In this document: positions 25,543 through 38,532 of the stretch, piece by piece
Layout: every line of letters begins with the position of its first letter
Position numbering within the stretch: the stretch's first letter is position 1
NCBI GenBank assembly: GCA_964304625.1
Contig: OZ199840.1
Coordinates: forward strand, 3,609,631 to 3,673,630
Length of the DNA stretch: 64,000 nucleotides
Origin: Kudoa neothunni
Taxonomy: Eukaryota; Animalia; Cnidaria
Reading direction: 5' to 3'
The notes under the pieces: model-generated
The model's database searches: none
What the model was told of the DNA's origin: nothing
What the model saw: only the letters and a program-made list of their open reading frames with translations
Translations under genes and position numbers: made by a program

Positions 25543-28453
25543 GCCCATGCGCGTAGGACTGGCTATTTTGCCGGACGCGCTTTTTCTCTTAAAATAATAA
25601 TTCAATCGTTACAATTTTTTCCTAAAAATATCTTTTATAAATGCAGAATATAAATTTAGTTTCATTAATTCAGTGACGAATTTTAACATAGCTAATTTGT
25701 ATCCATAATATCCAAATGAAAATACAGTAAAGTAAAACTATTTGGCCAATTCGTATTTAAAATTTTTATAATTAGGTAAATGTTTTTATCAGATGATTGA
25801 TACACCGCTAAAATTTAATAAAATGTTGAGTATTCTACTTTAAATAATAAATGTTTGAAATTATCTTGTATTGCAACGCCAAATAATTGTGACTGTTTAA
25901 CTTCCACATAAAATTATATTTGAATATAATATATCGATATTGGTGTTGTTATTATTACTACTATCATCATTACCATAATCATAATTTTCTTTTTTTTCTT
26001 AAACCAATAACTGTTTGAAATACACCTTTTGGTCTACCTCTCAATTTCACTACTGTTGGCAGCTTAATTCCTATAATTTTATGAATTTAGCAAAATGGAA
26101 AAAAGATACACACCCTTCAAAGATGGATTTTTAGTTGTGGTATCATCTACAATATTCGGGATCTCCATATCAATTATTGATGATGGAACATTATCATTAA
26201 CTGCTTCTAGTATATCCTCATTCTCTAATCGTGATTCCTCAGTAACTAAACACGAAATAAAAATTCTACTAAAGACAATATCATTAATTACATGTTGGGA
26301 TTGAAATCTCTTGATTGTTTATGATGACAGATTCAGACATTAACTTGAACTAAATTAAGTTGATATATGAATAGTGGAAAAAATAGTCACCTTATCCAGA
26401 GAATCCCCATTGGAAATAAGAGAGATTAATTCACCTAAAATCTTTTTTAATGAATCATATTGACTCCCTGTTTTTTCAGACCCTAGCGAAGCTATTTTCT
26501 TACAAAGAATTTCTAGCTCCCTGTATCGCTTTAAAGCAGAATTCGGAACAGGGCACTGACTCGAAATTTCTGTAATACTTGGTTGCACACAACACGAAGG
26601 ATTTTGAAGATATAAATTCATGTTCATTATTTTTCTAGCGTAAATAATATGCCTACATGGTAACTCCATACTTACGTAGAAACAACATGTACAACTATTG
26701 GGATCAGGATTGGCATAGGATTCGATATGATTATTTATTTCATCTTGCATAATATTATACGCATATGAAGTCAACAATGTTTTATATTGTTCGTTAATGT
26801 CTGAATTTAATTTCTCAACAGTTTGGGTTGTCCACTCTCTAACTGCTTTATTCTCATGCTCAGTCCTCATACTTGATAAATAAATAAGCAGATCGCTGAA
26901 AAAGACTTCAATTGTTGAGAATTTTTTTATGATTTGTTTAATTTTGGAATTTATGCATTCTAATCGATTATTTGTTCTATTTAAAAAAGTACCCTTTAGG
27001 TTCATGTATGCCGGGCACCATTCATGTTTGATTGGATCCCAAGATTTATTATAATAAGTAATGATTTTTTTGTTACATGTATTATTTAACAATTCATGGT
27101 AATTTTCATAAATTTTTGGATCATTGGTATAGCAAAGCTTTTGAATCAACTCTAAGGCAGTTTTTCTTTCGGCTTTGTTTATTCCCATTCTTAATGTAGA
27201 GATTTCTCTCCCAAATGTTCTTAAGACATGGTACAGGCATAAGTTTGTACTTACGTTAGGAAATATAGATCTTATAGAGTTTCTTTCAATCATGTCTTTA
27301 TCCGTAACGAAACAAACTGTTTTGGTTGACATTTCCTCGTTATGTTTAAGTAGAGATTGACATAACCAGGTAACAGTCACGGTACTCTCCTCAGATAAAA
27401 GAGCAATAGCTCCTATTTGACTTTGCCCAAAGGAATCGATAAACAGACATATATACAATGGCATACGATTATTGATTAATTTATAAGTGGCATCCATAAA
27501 TACTAGTTCGGGAAATTGTTTAATAACGTTTTTCATATAAAGGTCTTGGAAAAATATTCCAGTCATTTCATTGGAGTTATTGTGCAATATTTCGATAGTT
27601 GCATTTGGGTGAGAATTTTTTATTGAATTAAACGACGAAACATTTTTTTTCAATGTTTGGATATAATTATGGATTTGCTTCAACGAAACCTTTTTTTGTG
27701 ATTGGTTCATGATTTCTACTTGTACTCTTTTTAAATTTCCATCATAAAAATGAACATTTTTTATAAGATTCTTGCTTTCTTCATCTAATTTTCTATTCAT
27801 TGGTAAAAAATCCCTAAAATGCTCATTTCTGTTGCAGCTGTGAGTAAGATCCAATTTTCTAATAACTAACATATTCATGTTTTTAGGAACTCGCAGTGTA
27901 GTGAAGAAATTGCAACCACTTTTATGGCTGTTGATTTTTCTCTTCCCAGCACTTTTAGATTGTATCTGAATTCAAATTAATTACATCAATTTTTATATAG
28001 ATAATTACATTTTTACCACCATGAACACAACAAAAAGTGGCTTCATAATAAACAAGATCAGAGTTCATGTCTCTATCAAATTTTTTTAGGGCAGTTGAGA
28101 TTTTTCTAGAGTCTCGGATCCAGTAACAAAAGTTGTTCCGCTTTGAGTACTTATCCATGAATTCTTTAGCCTTTTCAAAGTTTGTAAATGCATTTCCGAC
28201 CATAGGTTCAGATGTAATATCCTGAATTAGTAGTGTTTGATCAGACTCTCCTTCCATAGTGATTCTACTCGCGACTATCAAAGTTACAACCGCACGCTAG
28301 AGGGTATTTTACTCGTTTATGCTGTTATAACACATAAAATTAGATTAATTATATAAATAATACAGATTTATAAAAGATATTTTTAGGAAAAAATTGTAGC
28401 GATTGAATTATTATTTTAAGAGAAAAAGCGCGTCCGGCAAAATAGACACAGCC
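25543..28453 (-). mobile_element. Mutator-like element (MULE), 2911 bp
   Basis: About 80-bp near-identical TIRs (CTATTTTGCCGGACGCGCTTTTTCTCTTAAAATAAT...), with the outermost ~15-25 bp unequal between the two ends. 9-bp TSD TTAAAATTA (25534-25542 and 28454-28462). Confidence 0.88.
25979..28257 (-). CDS. MULE transposase with FAR1-like N-terminus, DDE core, SWIM zinc finger and C-terminal AT-hook-like motif; ~699 aa, 5 exons, apparently intact
   Basis: Exons 28257-28009, 27965-26391, 26343-26292, 26245-26114 and 26070-25979 splice in frame with no stop. Motifs: VFMDATY, FVTDKD, CLYH, TNNRLE, CTC..ELPCRH, RGRPKG, and a basic end RKKRK. Confidence 0.85.
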
Positions 28454-28579
28454 TTAAAATTATAAAATCTTATAGGAAAAATATAGCCTATTGTAATTGT
28501 GAAATCAAATTTTTAATATCTCACATATTCTTGAAGATATTCCCATCCATGAAATTAGCCACTGCCTAAAGTATATTGA

Positions 28580-31465
28580 CCAAAAAACGTAGGGGGGATC
28601 CACTGGATCCCTAAAATCCTTTTCTTCTAGGATTAGAGAATATTTCGTTATCTATACCTAATTTTTATTCACTCGGCTTAAGATTTTCAAAGAATGGACA
28701 ATAGTGTAAGTTACGAGATTAGATAGAATTTTACGAATTCCTAATTATTACATACATAATACTGAATAAATTATTATGGTTTGGGATCCAAAAGACCCCA
28801 AAGTCTTAGATCAGTGTTTCCCAACGTGGGAGTACGTCCCATTGGTGGTGGGTCATGAGAAAATTTTGGTGGGGCGAAACGAATTTTGAAAGCATAATGG
28901 AAGCCACTAGGTGAATGCAAGTATCAATATGGAATAAGTGTTCGTAGAATATTTATAATCTGGCTTTCTGTATATTTGTTTTGAAACTGGAATAGGTAGT
29001 TATTCGAATGATCGTTAGCACTTTGAATTATTCAATTTATAAATCGAATAAAATATTATTTCTGGTCTCAATTGGAATATTAAGACTAATGATAAATAGA
29101 ATTTGATAATTTTGCATTTCAAAACTTCGAGTCGATTGAATCTGCACCAACTCAGATTTAGTCATATGTACCGATTTAACATTCGTATATCATAGAATCG
29201 TGAACACTTGTTTGCTCTTTATTCGTGAAGCTCAAATCTGTTTTACAATGAATGTTGATAGAATGAGAAAACCCCGCCATTAATCTTCAGAATTTTTGAA
29301 TTTTGGTTTTGTACCATATAGCTTTGATGAAAGCAGACCTTTTTGTTTGATAAGCCGTCAGATCTTGAGTAATGAGCCCGTGAAGGCTGTTTGACTAAAA
29401 GCGCATTTAACAGCAAAACTTCACAATAACGTTTGTTCAGAGTTGAAATATTTTGTGTCACTTAAAGAGCAGTTTGAAAATCAACAAAAATTTTCATCCA
29501 TGTTTGATTCCCAATTTAGACTAAATAAGCATACCTTGGAAGCGAACAACGAAATCTCTTTGGTTATTGCAAAAAGCGGAAAGAGTCATACAATTGGTGA
29601 AAACTTGATAAAACCAGCTATTTCAATCTTCTTAAAGAACGTCCAACAAAAAACTGATACCGGAGTTAATGATATGCCTCTTAGTAAGAATACAATTTCC
29701 GATCGAATTGATGGGACGTCTAAAGATGTCGATCTTCAACTTATTGAAAAATTACAAACAAGGAGATGTTCATTTCATTTGGATGAATCCACATTTAGAG
29801 ATAGCGAAGCTCATCTACTAGCTTATGTGAGATATATTGACAAAGAACAATCTTGTGAAGAGATGTTATTTTGTAAATCATTGGATACAACGACAACAAC
29901 AAAAGATATCTACATTGTGTTGAAAAATTATTTTGTGTCAAATAAAGTTCCGATTGTCAATTTGTTGACATGTGCTGCTGTTATGATGGGAACAAAAAAT
30001 GGATGTTTGAAGCTTCTTAAGGATGAAAATCCGAAGTTAATAATATTCCTTTGCGTAATACATCGAGAAAATCTAGTGGAAAAAAACTATCTCCTCCTCT
30101 TAATGAAATATTACAGAATGTGATCAAATGTTTAACTCTATTAAAACAATTCCCAAAGCTGTAAGATTATTCAAGGAATTTTGCAAAGATCAACATGTTG
30201 ATCACATTCGTTGATTGCCCTATACTGGAGTTAGGTGGTTGTCGAACGGAAATTACCTTAAGAGGTTTTTTTTTATCAGGTGAGTGAATTCTTAGACTGC
30301 AAACCTGAGATGAACTATCTGACTACAAGCGATGGAAGGGCCTTTTTGAGTTATTTAGCAGACATCTTTGAAAGACTTCGCATTTTAAATTCCAAATTTC
30401 AAGGAGAAAATGTAACTCTTGTTGACGCAAAAGCGAAAATTTTTGGATTCATTTCGTTTTTCGAACTTTGTTACAAAAATGCATCTCAACGTGTTTTTTG
30501 GTCATTTTTGTTGATTAAGTAAATGTAAAATATCTTACTATGCCTTAAAGATAATTACAACTCATTTATATATGTTGATAATGGATTTTAACGACAGATT
30601 TTACGATTTAAAAGGGATGATTTTTCTTACCTGGTTAACTCAACCTCTACTAGCTGATGTTTCCGAGGCTGAGTTTCAATATCAACAAGAATTGATCGAA
30701 ATTCAGCATGATGAGTGTACGGATGCGTTATATAAACTCAAAGAGATAGATATGTGGCTTTCAGCCGATGTTGAAAAGAAACGTTAATCTCTTTTCCTTC
30801 ATCATATCTTGTGGAATGTGGATTCAGTGCAGTTGTAAATTTGTTATGTGCCAGAAGAAACCGTCTTGATATTACAAAAAGAGGAGATTTACGTCTTGCT
30901 TTATCAAAACTTTCTCCGCGATTAGAGGACTTGTGTCGTCTACGTCAAGGACAGGGATCTCATTAAACAAGAATGCGCAAATTTTGGTTTAGAGATTATT
31001 TAATAAATACTTTAGTTTTATGTATTTTGCTCGTTAGGTATAAGTTTATTAGTCAGTTCGTAATGACAACGTATAATTAGTATTGTTTAATGATGGTTGT
31101 GATACTTCTCTTTTATACTCATTTCGAAATTCATGATGAAAAATACACTTTGTATAAGTATATTTAAAATTACGTTTAATATTTAGAAAAATCTAACAAT
31201 ATATTATAAAATTTTCTGACAGCAAAATGTAAAAATAACGAAATCTTTAAATATTGGAAGAAAATAATTACTATATCGAAGGTTCTCAAAAATATTCTAG
31301 TATTCAAAAGGATTCGGTTTTATCAATATTTAAGTCTACTCGTCCAAATATCCATATTGATGCCCTATCACAAACACGTTTAAATGCTATATTTTCATTA
31401 ATATTACTTGGATTTCAGTGTGGTGGAGCGAGGCAAAAAAAAGTTGAAAACACTGTCTTAGATGG
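28580..31465. mobile_element. Short piggyBac-like MITE (~235 bp) interrupted in its right TIR by the hAT element
   Basis: Left end TTGA|CC..GGGGGATCCACTGGATCCC. Right end GGGATCCAAAAGACCCCAAAG-TCTTAGAT-[hAT]-TCTTAGAT-GG|TTAA. Same subterminal palindrome style as 54966-56357. Confidence 0.5.
28812..31455 (+). mobile_element. hAT transposon (Buster/Charlie group), full length, transposase disrupted
   Basis: TIRs CAGTGTTTCCCAAC ... GTTGAAAACACTG and a perfect 8-bp TSD TCTTAGAT (28804-28811 and 31456-31463). Transposase motifs: HTIGENLIKPA, LDEST, CVIHRENL, VRWLS, FPSSYLVECGFS, GDLRL..QGSH* (ends ~30966). Several frameshifts and stops. Confidence 0.92.
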
Positions 31466-31804
31466 TTAAAAAAATTAAAAAAATTAGGTTTGAAGTTTAT
31501 CATTTTAAATATATTTCCTTCATAATAAACAAAATCTTATCTTCTATGAAAACGAGAACAATCCAATCCGCGTCGAAATATAATTTCCCATCATGAAACT
31601 AGATCGAATTTTCAAATAAAAAGTTAATAAAAATATCCAAATGTTCTTAATATGGAGGTATTTATAAACTGAAATCAGCTATACACAAAACTATATTGGA
31701 AGAGAATCGTGGAAACTCCAAGACAAAATTTGATAAGAACAATAGCAGCGAAATATAGTTTACATCAGGAAAAAAAACAAAAATAACGGCAGTTTGAACT
31801 TTAT

Positions 31805-34800
31805 TTATATAAGTGAACTGATATCGTTCAACAGTTGGAACGCGACTTCAGGAGGATAAGTACTTCTAGTGGAGGAGCTCACTGACGCTGACATATCACA
31901 TGGTGGTATATCACACGGTGGTAGGTGCTGTTCCGACGTGCTGGTGTCAATATCTCGACTCTTTTCAGCATCAACATTCACAGCAAGACGACAATACGTC
32001 GATATGGGCACCAATTCGATCACCAGGATTCTCACGGCGTTGTTCAGGAGGGTAAATATTCTCAGGATACAGCAGCTCTCTTGTCAGAGGGTTATAAAAA
32101 ACAGATGGGAATATCTGAGACCAAATTAAGTACTTCTTGTTTCGGCAAACGAAACACATGTTTAAGAATGTCTCCATTGATGGATCCACCACTGAATTTT
32201 TTCAGATTTTTAGTGTAGATGAGGTCGTTGTTGCGATTTACAGAAGTGTTGTTTTTACGTTTGCAATTTATGGTAGCGAACAAGTTTTTTTTGAACCTCG
32301 GAGAGCAGTCCAAACTGCTCTGGGGATAGTTCAAAAAATAGTTTCACACTTCCTGCCGAGCTGGATAACAGAACCGAATAGGAAGGTTTGAAGGAGAGTA
32401 AATCGGAAATGAGGGATTGGTCGGATCCACTAGAGGAAACCTCCTTCACAAATTTATCTAAAATGGATCTAGCAGAAAATGAATGCGAATCACTAGAAGT
32501 ATGAGGTCTGTCTGAATCGACGATTGATTTGTACGGTGAATCACATATAGAAGTTATGTGCTCGCCAGTGTAATGTTTGGCGACCACTCTGTATCGTTTG
32601 GGGTTGTCATCCAGGATTTTTTTTCGTGATTCATCATCAATCAACCTATACATGTTGGGGTCGTTGTCATCGTCCACAAAACAGGGTTTAATATCCACAT
32701 CATCATCTTGCTCAATGTGATCAATCATTTTGTTGATTGTCGTTGATTTGCAAATTCGTTCCTTTGCGAAGATGTGTATGTACTTTTCAATATTGGAGTT
32801 CATATAGATGCCATTTTTGAGGATGTGAGCAGACGTGGCCCAGCCAGGCATGTCACTTTGAAGAGTGATTTTTAAGACACCTCGCTCCATGTCAACCATT
32901 TCCATGATTGTGATATTGTTCATAATATCACCGACGAGCAGTTCGTTGTTGTACACCTTGAAAAACGCTGGTATAATTCCACATTCGAATTCATTCAACA
33001 GCACCATCTTGTCGTTTTTGTTCACTTCATACAAATACAGCTAAATGAGAGTGAATTAGGCGTTTTCGAAGTTAGATGATATCAATCAATGATACTTGGC
33101 CTGAAACGCCAACAACAAGTTTGCCTTGAAATTCCACCACAGAAAAGCACCAATCCTTCTATAGTGATTGTATCTAGGCGCGCGAGTTCATCTAAAAATC
33201 ACATAAAAGTATTACTCCTAACTCAACCTAATCAAACTCACTATTTTTCATTTGGTACAATTTAACGAATCCGCGATAGGTGATATTAACCGGATTGATA
33301 CTAATGTTTGAGGTGGTAACAAAATACGGAAGTGAGTTCTTATGGCCCAAATGCAGACTTTCCAACGCAATAACATCTTCATTTTTACCAAAGCAATGTG
33401 CATAAGTGGCTACATGATTGAAAGTGAAATAATTTAAGTAGCACACAAACAACTAAAAAAATTACGATATAAAGTGTCCATATCTAAAACAACAAGTTTA
33501 AAGGTGTTTGGAATGTCAACCCATTCCCATTCAGGATCCTCATTAACAAGATCGTGAGCTTGATGAATGTTGGGCGCGTACTGGCTGATCGGAACAGGTT
33601 TTTCCACTTCAAATTCGTAAAGAAGACCTTTATTGAATAACAGTTTGTTGTGAAATGCTCTAACACAATTCTCGCTGGGATTTGGTTTCACTGGTTCAGC
33701 AGTGAGGAGAACAATAGAATTTGATTCCGACTGATAACACACTTTCCTATAGTTAAAATTAAGCTTTAATTTAAATTCACGCTACATCAACCAGATTGGC
33801 AACACTTACACTGGCGTCTCATACAAATTCAATGTTTTGGAAACAAACAAGCGTGGCTCAAAACTCAACTCACAAAAAACTATTGCATTGTATCGTAGAG
33901 TAATAATTCTATACACAGTTATAGCTTAACTATTTCGGAGAATCTAGTAAAAAATTTATACTCGTTGACATCATTAGGAGACAGAAACAATGCTCGTATA
34001 TTAGATAAATTTAGATGGTAGACGTGAACAACAATTGAACTGACTGGAGATGTATTTTTATCCGAAACAACGTCATTATTGAATGTCAAACCATTTAACA
34101 ACTCATAGTCAAGCTCTATAAGAGCGGTATTATCACCATAGCTGGCAACAAAAAGTCTTTGAAGTTGTTTTGTGTGAATAATTGAAAGTCGGCTGTTCAT
34201 TGACATATGAATAGAGATTTTATTCTCCATAAACTTCTCAATAGGAGGCATGCCGGAAATCGGTCTCTGATCGAGGACAATATCACAATAATTTATACAA
34301 CCGTTGGTGAAAGTGGAAAAAGAGAATAAGGCGGGTATTTTGACCAAATTTACTTTCTAATAAACATATAGAATTGATGAATTTGGACTTAAGTGTGGTA
34401 ACACATGCAATCTCCTTTTCAGATACACACTCAAACACATGAATTTTATTGACTCCCCAACAATTGTAAGCTAGATATTGGGAGCAGGGGTTGATGAGAG
34501 AGTAACATAGAGAGACATTCTGAACTTGTTCCACCGGGATAAAACTCGAACAATTTATCGAATTAGAGGTAATATTAAGGATATAGATTCCACGGTTGGT
34601 AGCAGCAGCCAATAAACCGCTTGAAAATGTCGAGCTGGTCAGTAGCTTGTCATCATCTGACGGTGGTGACCACTTGAAATAACGTTTGATACGAGCTCGA
34701 ACAACTCACAATTGCAATATGAGTAGAAGTGACTTGGACCCATGAAGGTGGGTAAGTCGCCGACTCAGAATCAACGGTAGTGGAATCGGTGAGCACTGGC

Positions 34801-36721
34801 GCGGCATACAGCGTGGCTGTGTTAGCGATTTCATTAGGCAGTTTCACACAAGTACCATCGTGCGAAAACATCTCAAACAATATGGTTTTATTGATTAGAG
34901 ATATCACTATGTTGTAAGAAGTTGAAAGTGAATCTTCGATTTCTGGATTGGTTTTAACGAAAGGGCCTAGAACCCACATATTCACACATTCGTCCGCGTC
35001 AATGACATATTTTTCATTAGCCTCAAATCCATCGTTTAAAACACGCAATGTTCCATCCAAACCTGCGCCGGAACACAACAGCAAACCCCTCCCTTTATTC
35101 GACTGATCGGAATTTGTAGCATATCAATTATAGGACCATATCCAGGGTGAATATCCACAAATTCACACACCACACGTCCTTGATCTTCTTTCACATTGAA
35201 CAGAAAACTGTTTCCAGTACTGGAGCAGGCAAAAATAAGTCCGCCATCAATGTGAATTAATTTCTGAGCGTATGGCATTTTACCAATTGGTTGCACAGCA
35301 AATGGATTTTCTACGTCGTTTGGAACACGAGTTATCTGATACACATTGCCATCAACATCCAAGGCAATAATAATAGTGAGCTCATCATACGGATTTATAA
35401 CACAGCTGGCAGCAATAGTGCCTTTCTATATGAAATAATCCTTTTATTATATCAATAAAATATTTAAAAAGATAAAAATAAATTTAATTCCTTAGTTATT
35501 AATATAATGATTATGTAAGAAGAATATTCGAGAATGAAAATATTTTCTTTAATAGAATAATATTTGTATTAAAAATATTAATCGATTAACATCAAATTAT
35601 TCGAGCAGAAATTTTCTCCGAAAAATATTATTGGCAAATTATTCAATTAAATAATATTTTTATATTATCGTAACAAAATACCTGAAGAAATGGTGACATA
35701 AAAGTGTGCACACTGTAGTCATGGTAATAGCTTATTACACCAGAAACTCAACACTAAAGCTCCACTGTCGAAATAGTTGAAAGTGAGCAGTTGAGTAGTA
35801 GCTAAATCGAGATCATTGTTGACAGTACCGAAAATTCGAACAGCTTGAACACTTCCAAACAACAACTCATAAACAGTAATATATCGAGAGTGCCCTCTCT
35901 ATCAAAAAAATGGGTGGTATAAAAAATTAGGTAAAATAAATTGTAAAATCACTTCAGTAAGCATCGCAAGTAACACACGATCATTCTCATCCGGAATAAA
36001 TCCAATATTGACAATAATCGAATCATCAATACTACAAATATATTTATATTAGAATAATAATTAGGATACACAGAGCTCACTGAAATGATTTGGATTCTAA
36101 TCGACGACTGCCTTGAATAGGTTCAAGTCGAACTACTTTCACCAATTCACAATTTAGTCGAAGAGCTGCATAAGCATGATCGTAGGTTACACAACACAAA
36201 TGTTCCACTTCTGAAAAAGGGTACATATGAGTCTACACAAAAGTAGGTGAAAATTTAATCAGAATAAAGTTGATGATAAGACGGGAATTTACACCAACAA
36301 AGGCCGAAGCCACAGTTACTATATCGTTGAGTTTCCGATCATATTTTAGAAGTATCAGATTGGTGGAGTAGTTTAAAATTAGAAGATTGTCGCGAAAACT
36401 TCCCTACACACAACAATATTTACAAAGTGGGCTGTTGTTTAATGGATAACCCAATCAAATTACATAAGGTCTCACGGCTTTTATAGCCGTAATTTTATCT
36501 TTCGAATAATACTTCTTCTGAAGTATCAATGAACGATCCGCTACTGAGACTTCATCTGCCAAAAATGAAGACTTGTGTAGATTTTTAACTGAATACACCT
36601 CCATTATGTTGTGTTTCACAAGAACAAGATTGATGCTGTTCTTTTTAAGAAATCTACAAGATACACCATCATTCACCGAGGTTGGCTCAACACAAGTTGA
36701 TATATAATTGAAATTAGACAT
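31805..36721 (-). CDS. DDB1: DNA damage-binding protein 1 (DDB1; CPSF160/SF3B3/DDB1 beta-propeller family), multi-exon, with about 7 apparent 1-bp frameshifts
   Basis: N-terminus MSNFNYISTCVEPTSV..NLVLVKHN.MEVY, then GPIIDM..LLCSGAGLDGTLRV, LYETPVKVCYQ, VVEFQGKLVVGV, LLVGDIM, INGDIL and a C-terminal QLLNDISSLI*, all colinear with DDB1. Many short GT-AG introns. Frameshifts are listed in findings. Confidence 0.85.
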
Positions 36722-37827
36722 CTAGTGAGGGTACTAGGTCGATGTGCGCAATCCAAGATGGGCTTTATGGTCGGTACACTTTCGATGAACTCCTGCGCGC
36801 AGGCGATTTTTAAAATTACTCAATAGAGACCTCTCAAAATAACCAGACAATTAACTACATCAAATAAAGTACTGATTGAAAAAATTAATTACAATACATT
36901 TATTTGTAATTTTTTCACAATGTTTAAACTTCCACCGATTTTGTTGTAAAGGTTATTTTAATAGATTAAACTCTTTTTAAATTTTTTGTTAAAAAATCTA
37001 ATTTAATATTCTTTGGCGAATTAGGAATATGCAAATGAATAATACCTACTGGTTATACAACATTAAACAAATACATACATTCATACATTAATACATTAAT
37101 TAATATGATGATAAATATTATTTGAATCTTAACATATCGATAAATTACAAGGTAAATGATTCATATTTTCTTAATACATGAATAGATTTAGGGAATTTTT
37201 AATAACGTACCATAGATAAGCCTTTAATTAAAGGAAGTGGCTATTGACACGAATCGTAATATCCAGGTAGGTATAGTCTTGCCTGCATTTAATTGTTGTT
37301 GGCCTTCGCTACCACTCTTAATGTCCAAAAATATTTAAATACAGCATAATCTAAAAAATAAACTTTATAGGTCAACTATAAATAGGCGTTAGGGGGATTA
37401 AAATTGAGTGATGCGCATGCGTAGTTGCCATTTGGGATTAAAAACTTCTGTGTCATTAGCCAATGCCTTAAAAAATCGTAATACACTCTTTAGTAACAAT
37501 TTCAATCATACAAACAAAAATTCGCAGAATATCTTCAGTGATAAAGCGGATTTCTGTTAAGAAAAAAATTATATAACTGTTTTTATTTTATATTGAAAAC
37601 AAAAACTGAATTAATAAAGATCATTTTTAAATTTGTACCAAACCCCCAATATTTTTTTACGTTAAATAAATATTAATAAATAAAATAAATTTAGAATTTT
37701 ACTAATGACAAGTAACCTCTTTATTTATATATTTTTCACTTATAATGGATAATACCTTTTGTTTATGGTCACATATTTGTTTTACATCATATGTTAAAAT
37801 CACTCATTATTTATCCAAATAATTATA

Positions 37828-38459
37828 TGGTCGAACCTCGATTCTCCGGAAGAAATTTTAAATTTTATTTTTTTTTATTGACATTACGTGCCGATAAATG
37901 TTCGATTATTCAAAACCTCGGTAACAAGAAGAACTATTTAATCATACTTCCGAATAAAAGTAGCAACCCTCACAGCACGACATATACAATGTAGCATTAT
38001 ATCAACGCAATATTTAAAACAAAAATACTTCAAGTTAATTAGTAATAAATTTTCCTTTTAAACTTAAGTTAAACATTCGGTTCTTATATAAGTTTTTGTT
38101 ATATCTGAACATATGGCTGTATGTATAATAAACAAAAATTAATTATAGATTATTTAAAAAAGCAGATGACTCCTCTGTAGACGTGTAAAAACTGCCATTA
38201 TTATGTACTGTTTTTCCTTTAAGTCTTCATATTCTTAGTTAATAGAAAGTTCAACATTTTCGATTCAAATAGCAGGAGTTAAAATATTTTACTTTATAAG
38301 TAGTGAAAAATTGCTTATTAATCAAGTAAACAATCCTTTAAGTAGAAATAAAAAAACCACGTGCGCACAAGATTTTGTATATATTCAATTAACTGGAAAC
38401 TCGCTATCCGGAAAGAAAATCGTCGGTCCAAAGTTTTCCGGATACTCGACGTTTGACTG
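37828..38459. mobile_element. Non-autonomous pogo/Tigger element related to its neighbour
   Basis: TA|TGGTCGAACCTCGATTCTCCGGAA ... TTCCGGATACTCGACGTTTGACTG|TA. The last ~70 bp resemble the right end of 38533-40732. Confidence 0.65.
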
Positions 38460-38532
38460 TATATTTATCCAGTCTTATACGTTAAAACTCCCGACAAAAG
38501 AAATATATACGAGCAACGCCCATATATATATA

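Larger units (their letters stand above)
24826..28515. mobile_element. Older inverted-repeat (foldback/MITE) element whose right arm is split by the MULE
   Basis: The left arm ~24826-24945 (..ATTTGATTTCACAATTACGATAGGCTATA...AATGGAGGATTTGTCCATT..) matches the reverse complement of 25485-25542 joined to 28463-28515 once the MULE is removed. Confidence 0.65.

Noticed and set aside
31869-32391. Several overlapping plus-strand ORFs
   Set aside because: They are antisense shadows of the GC-richer DDB1 3' exon and have no recognisable motifs.
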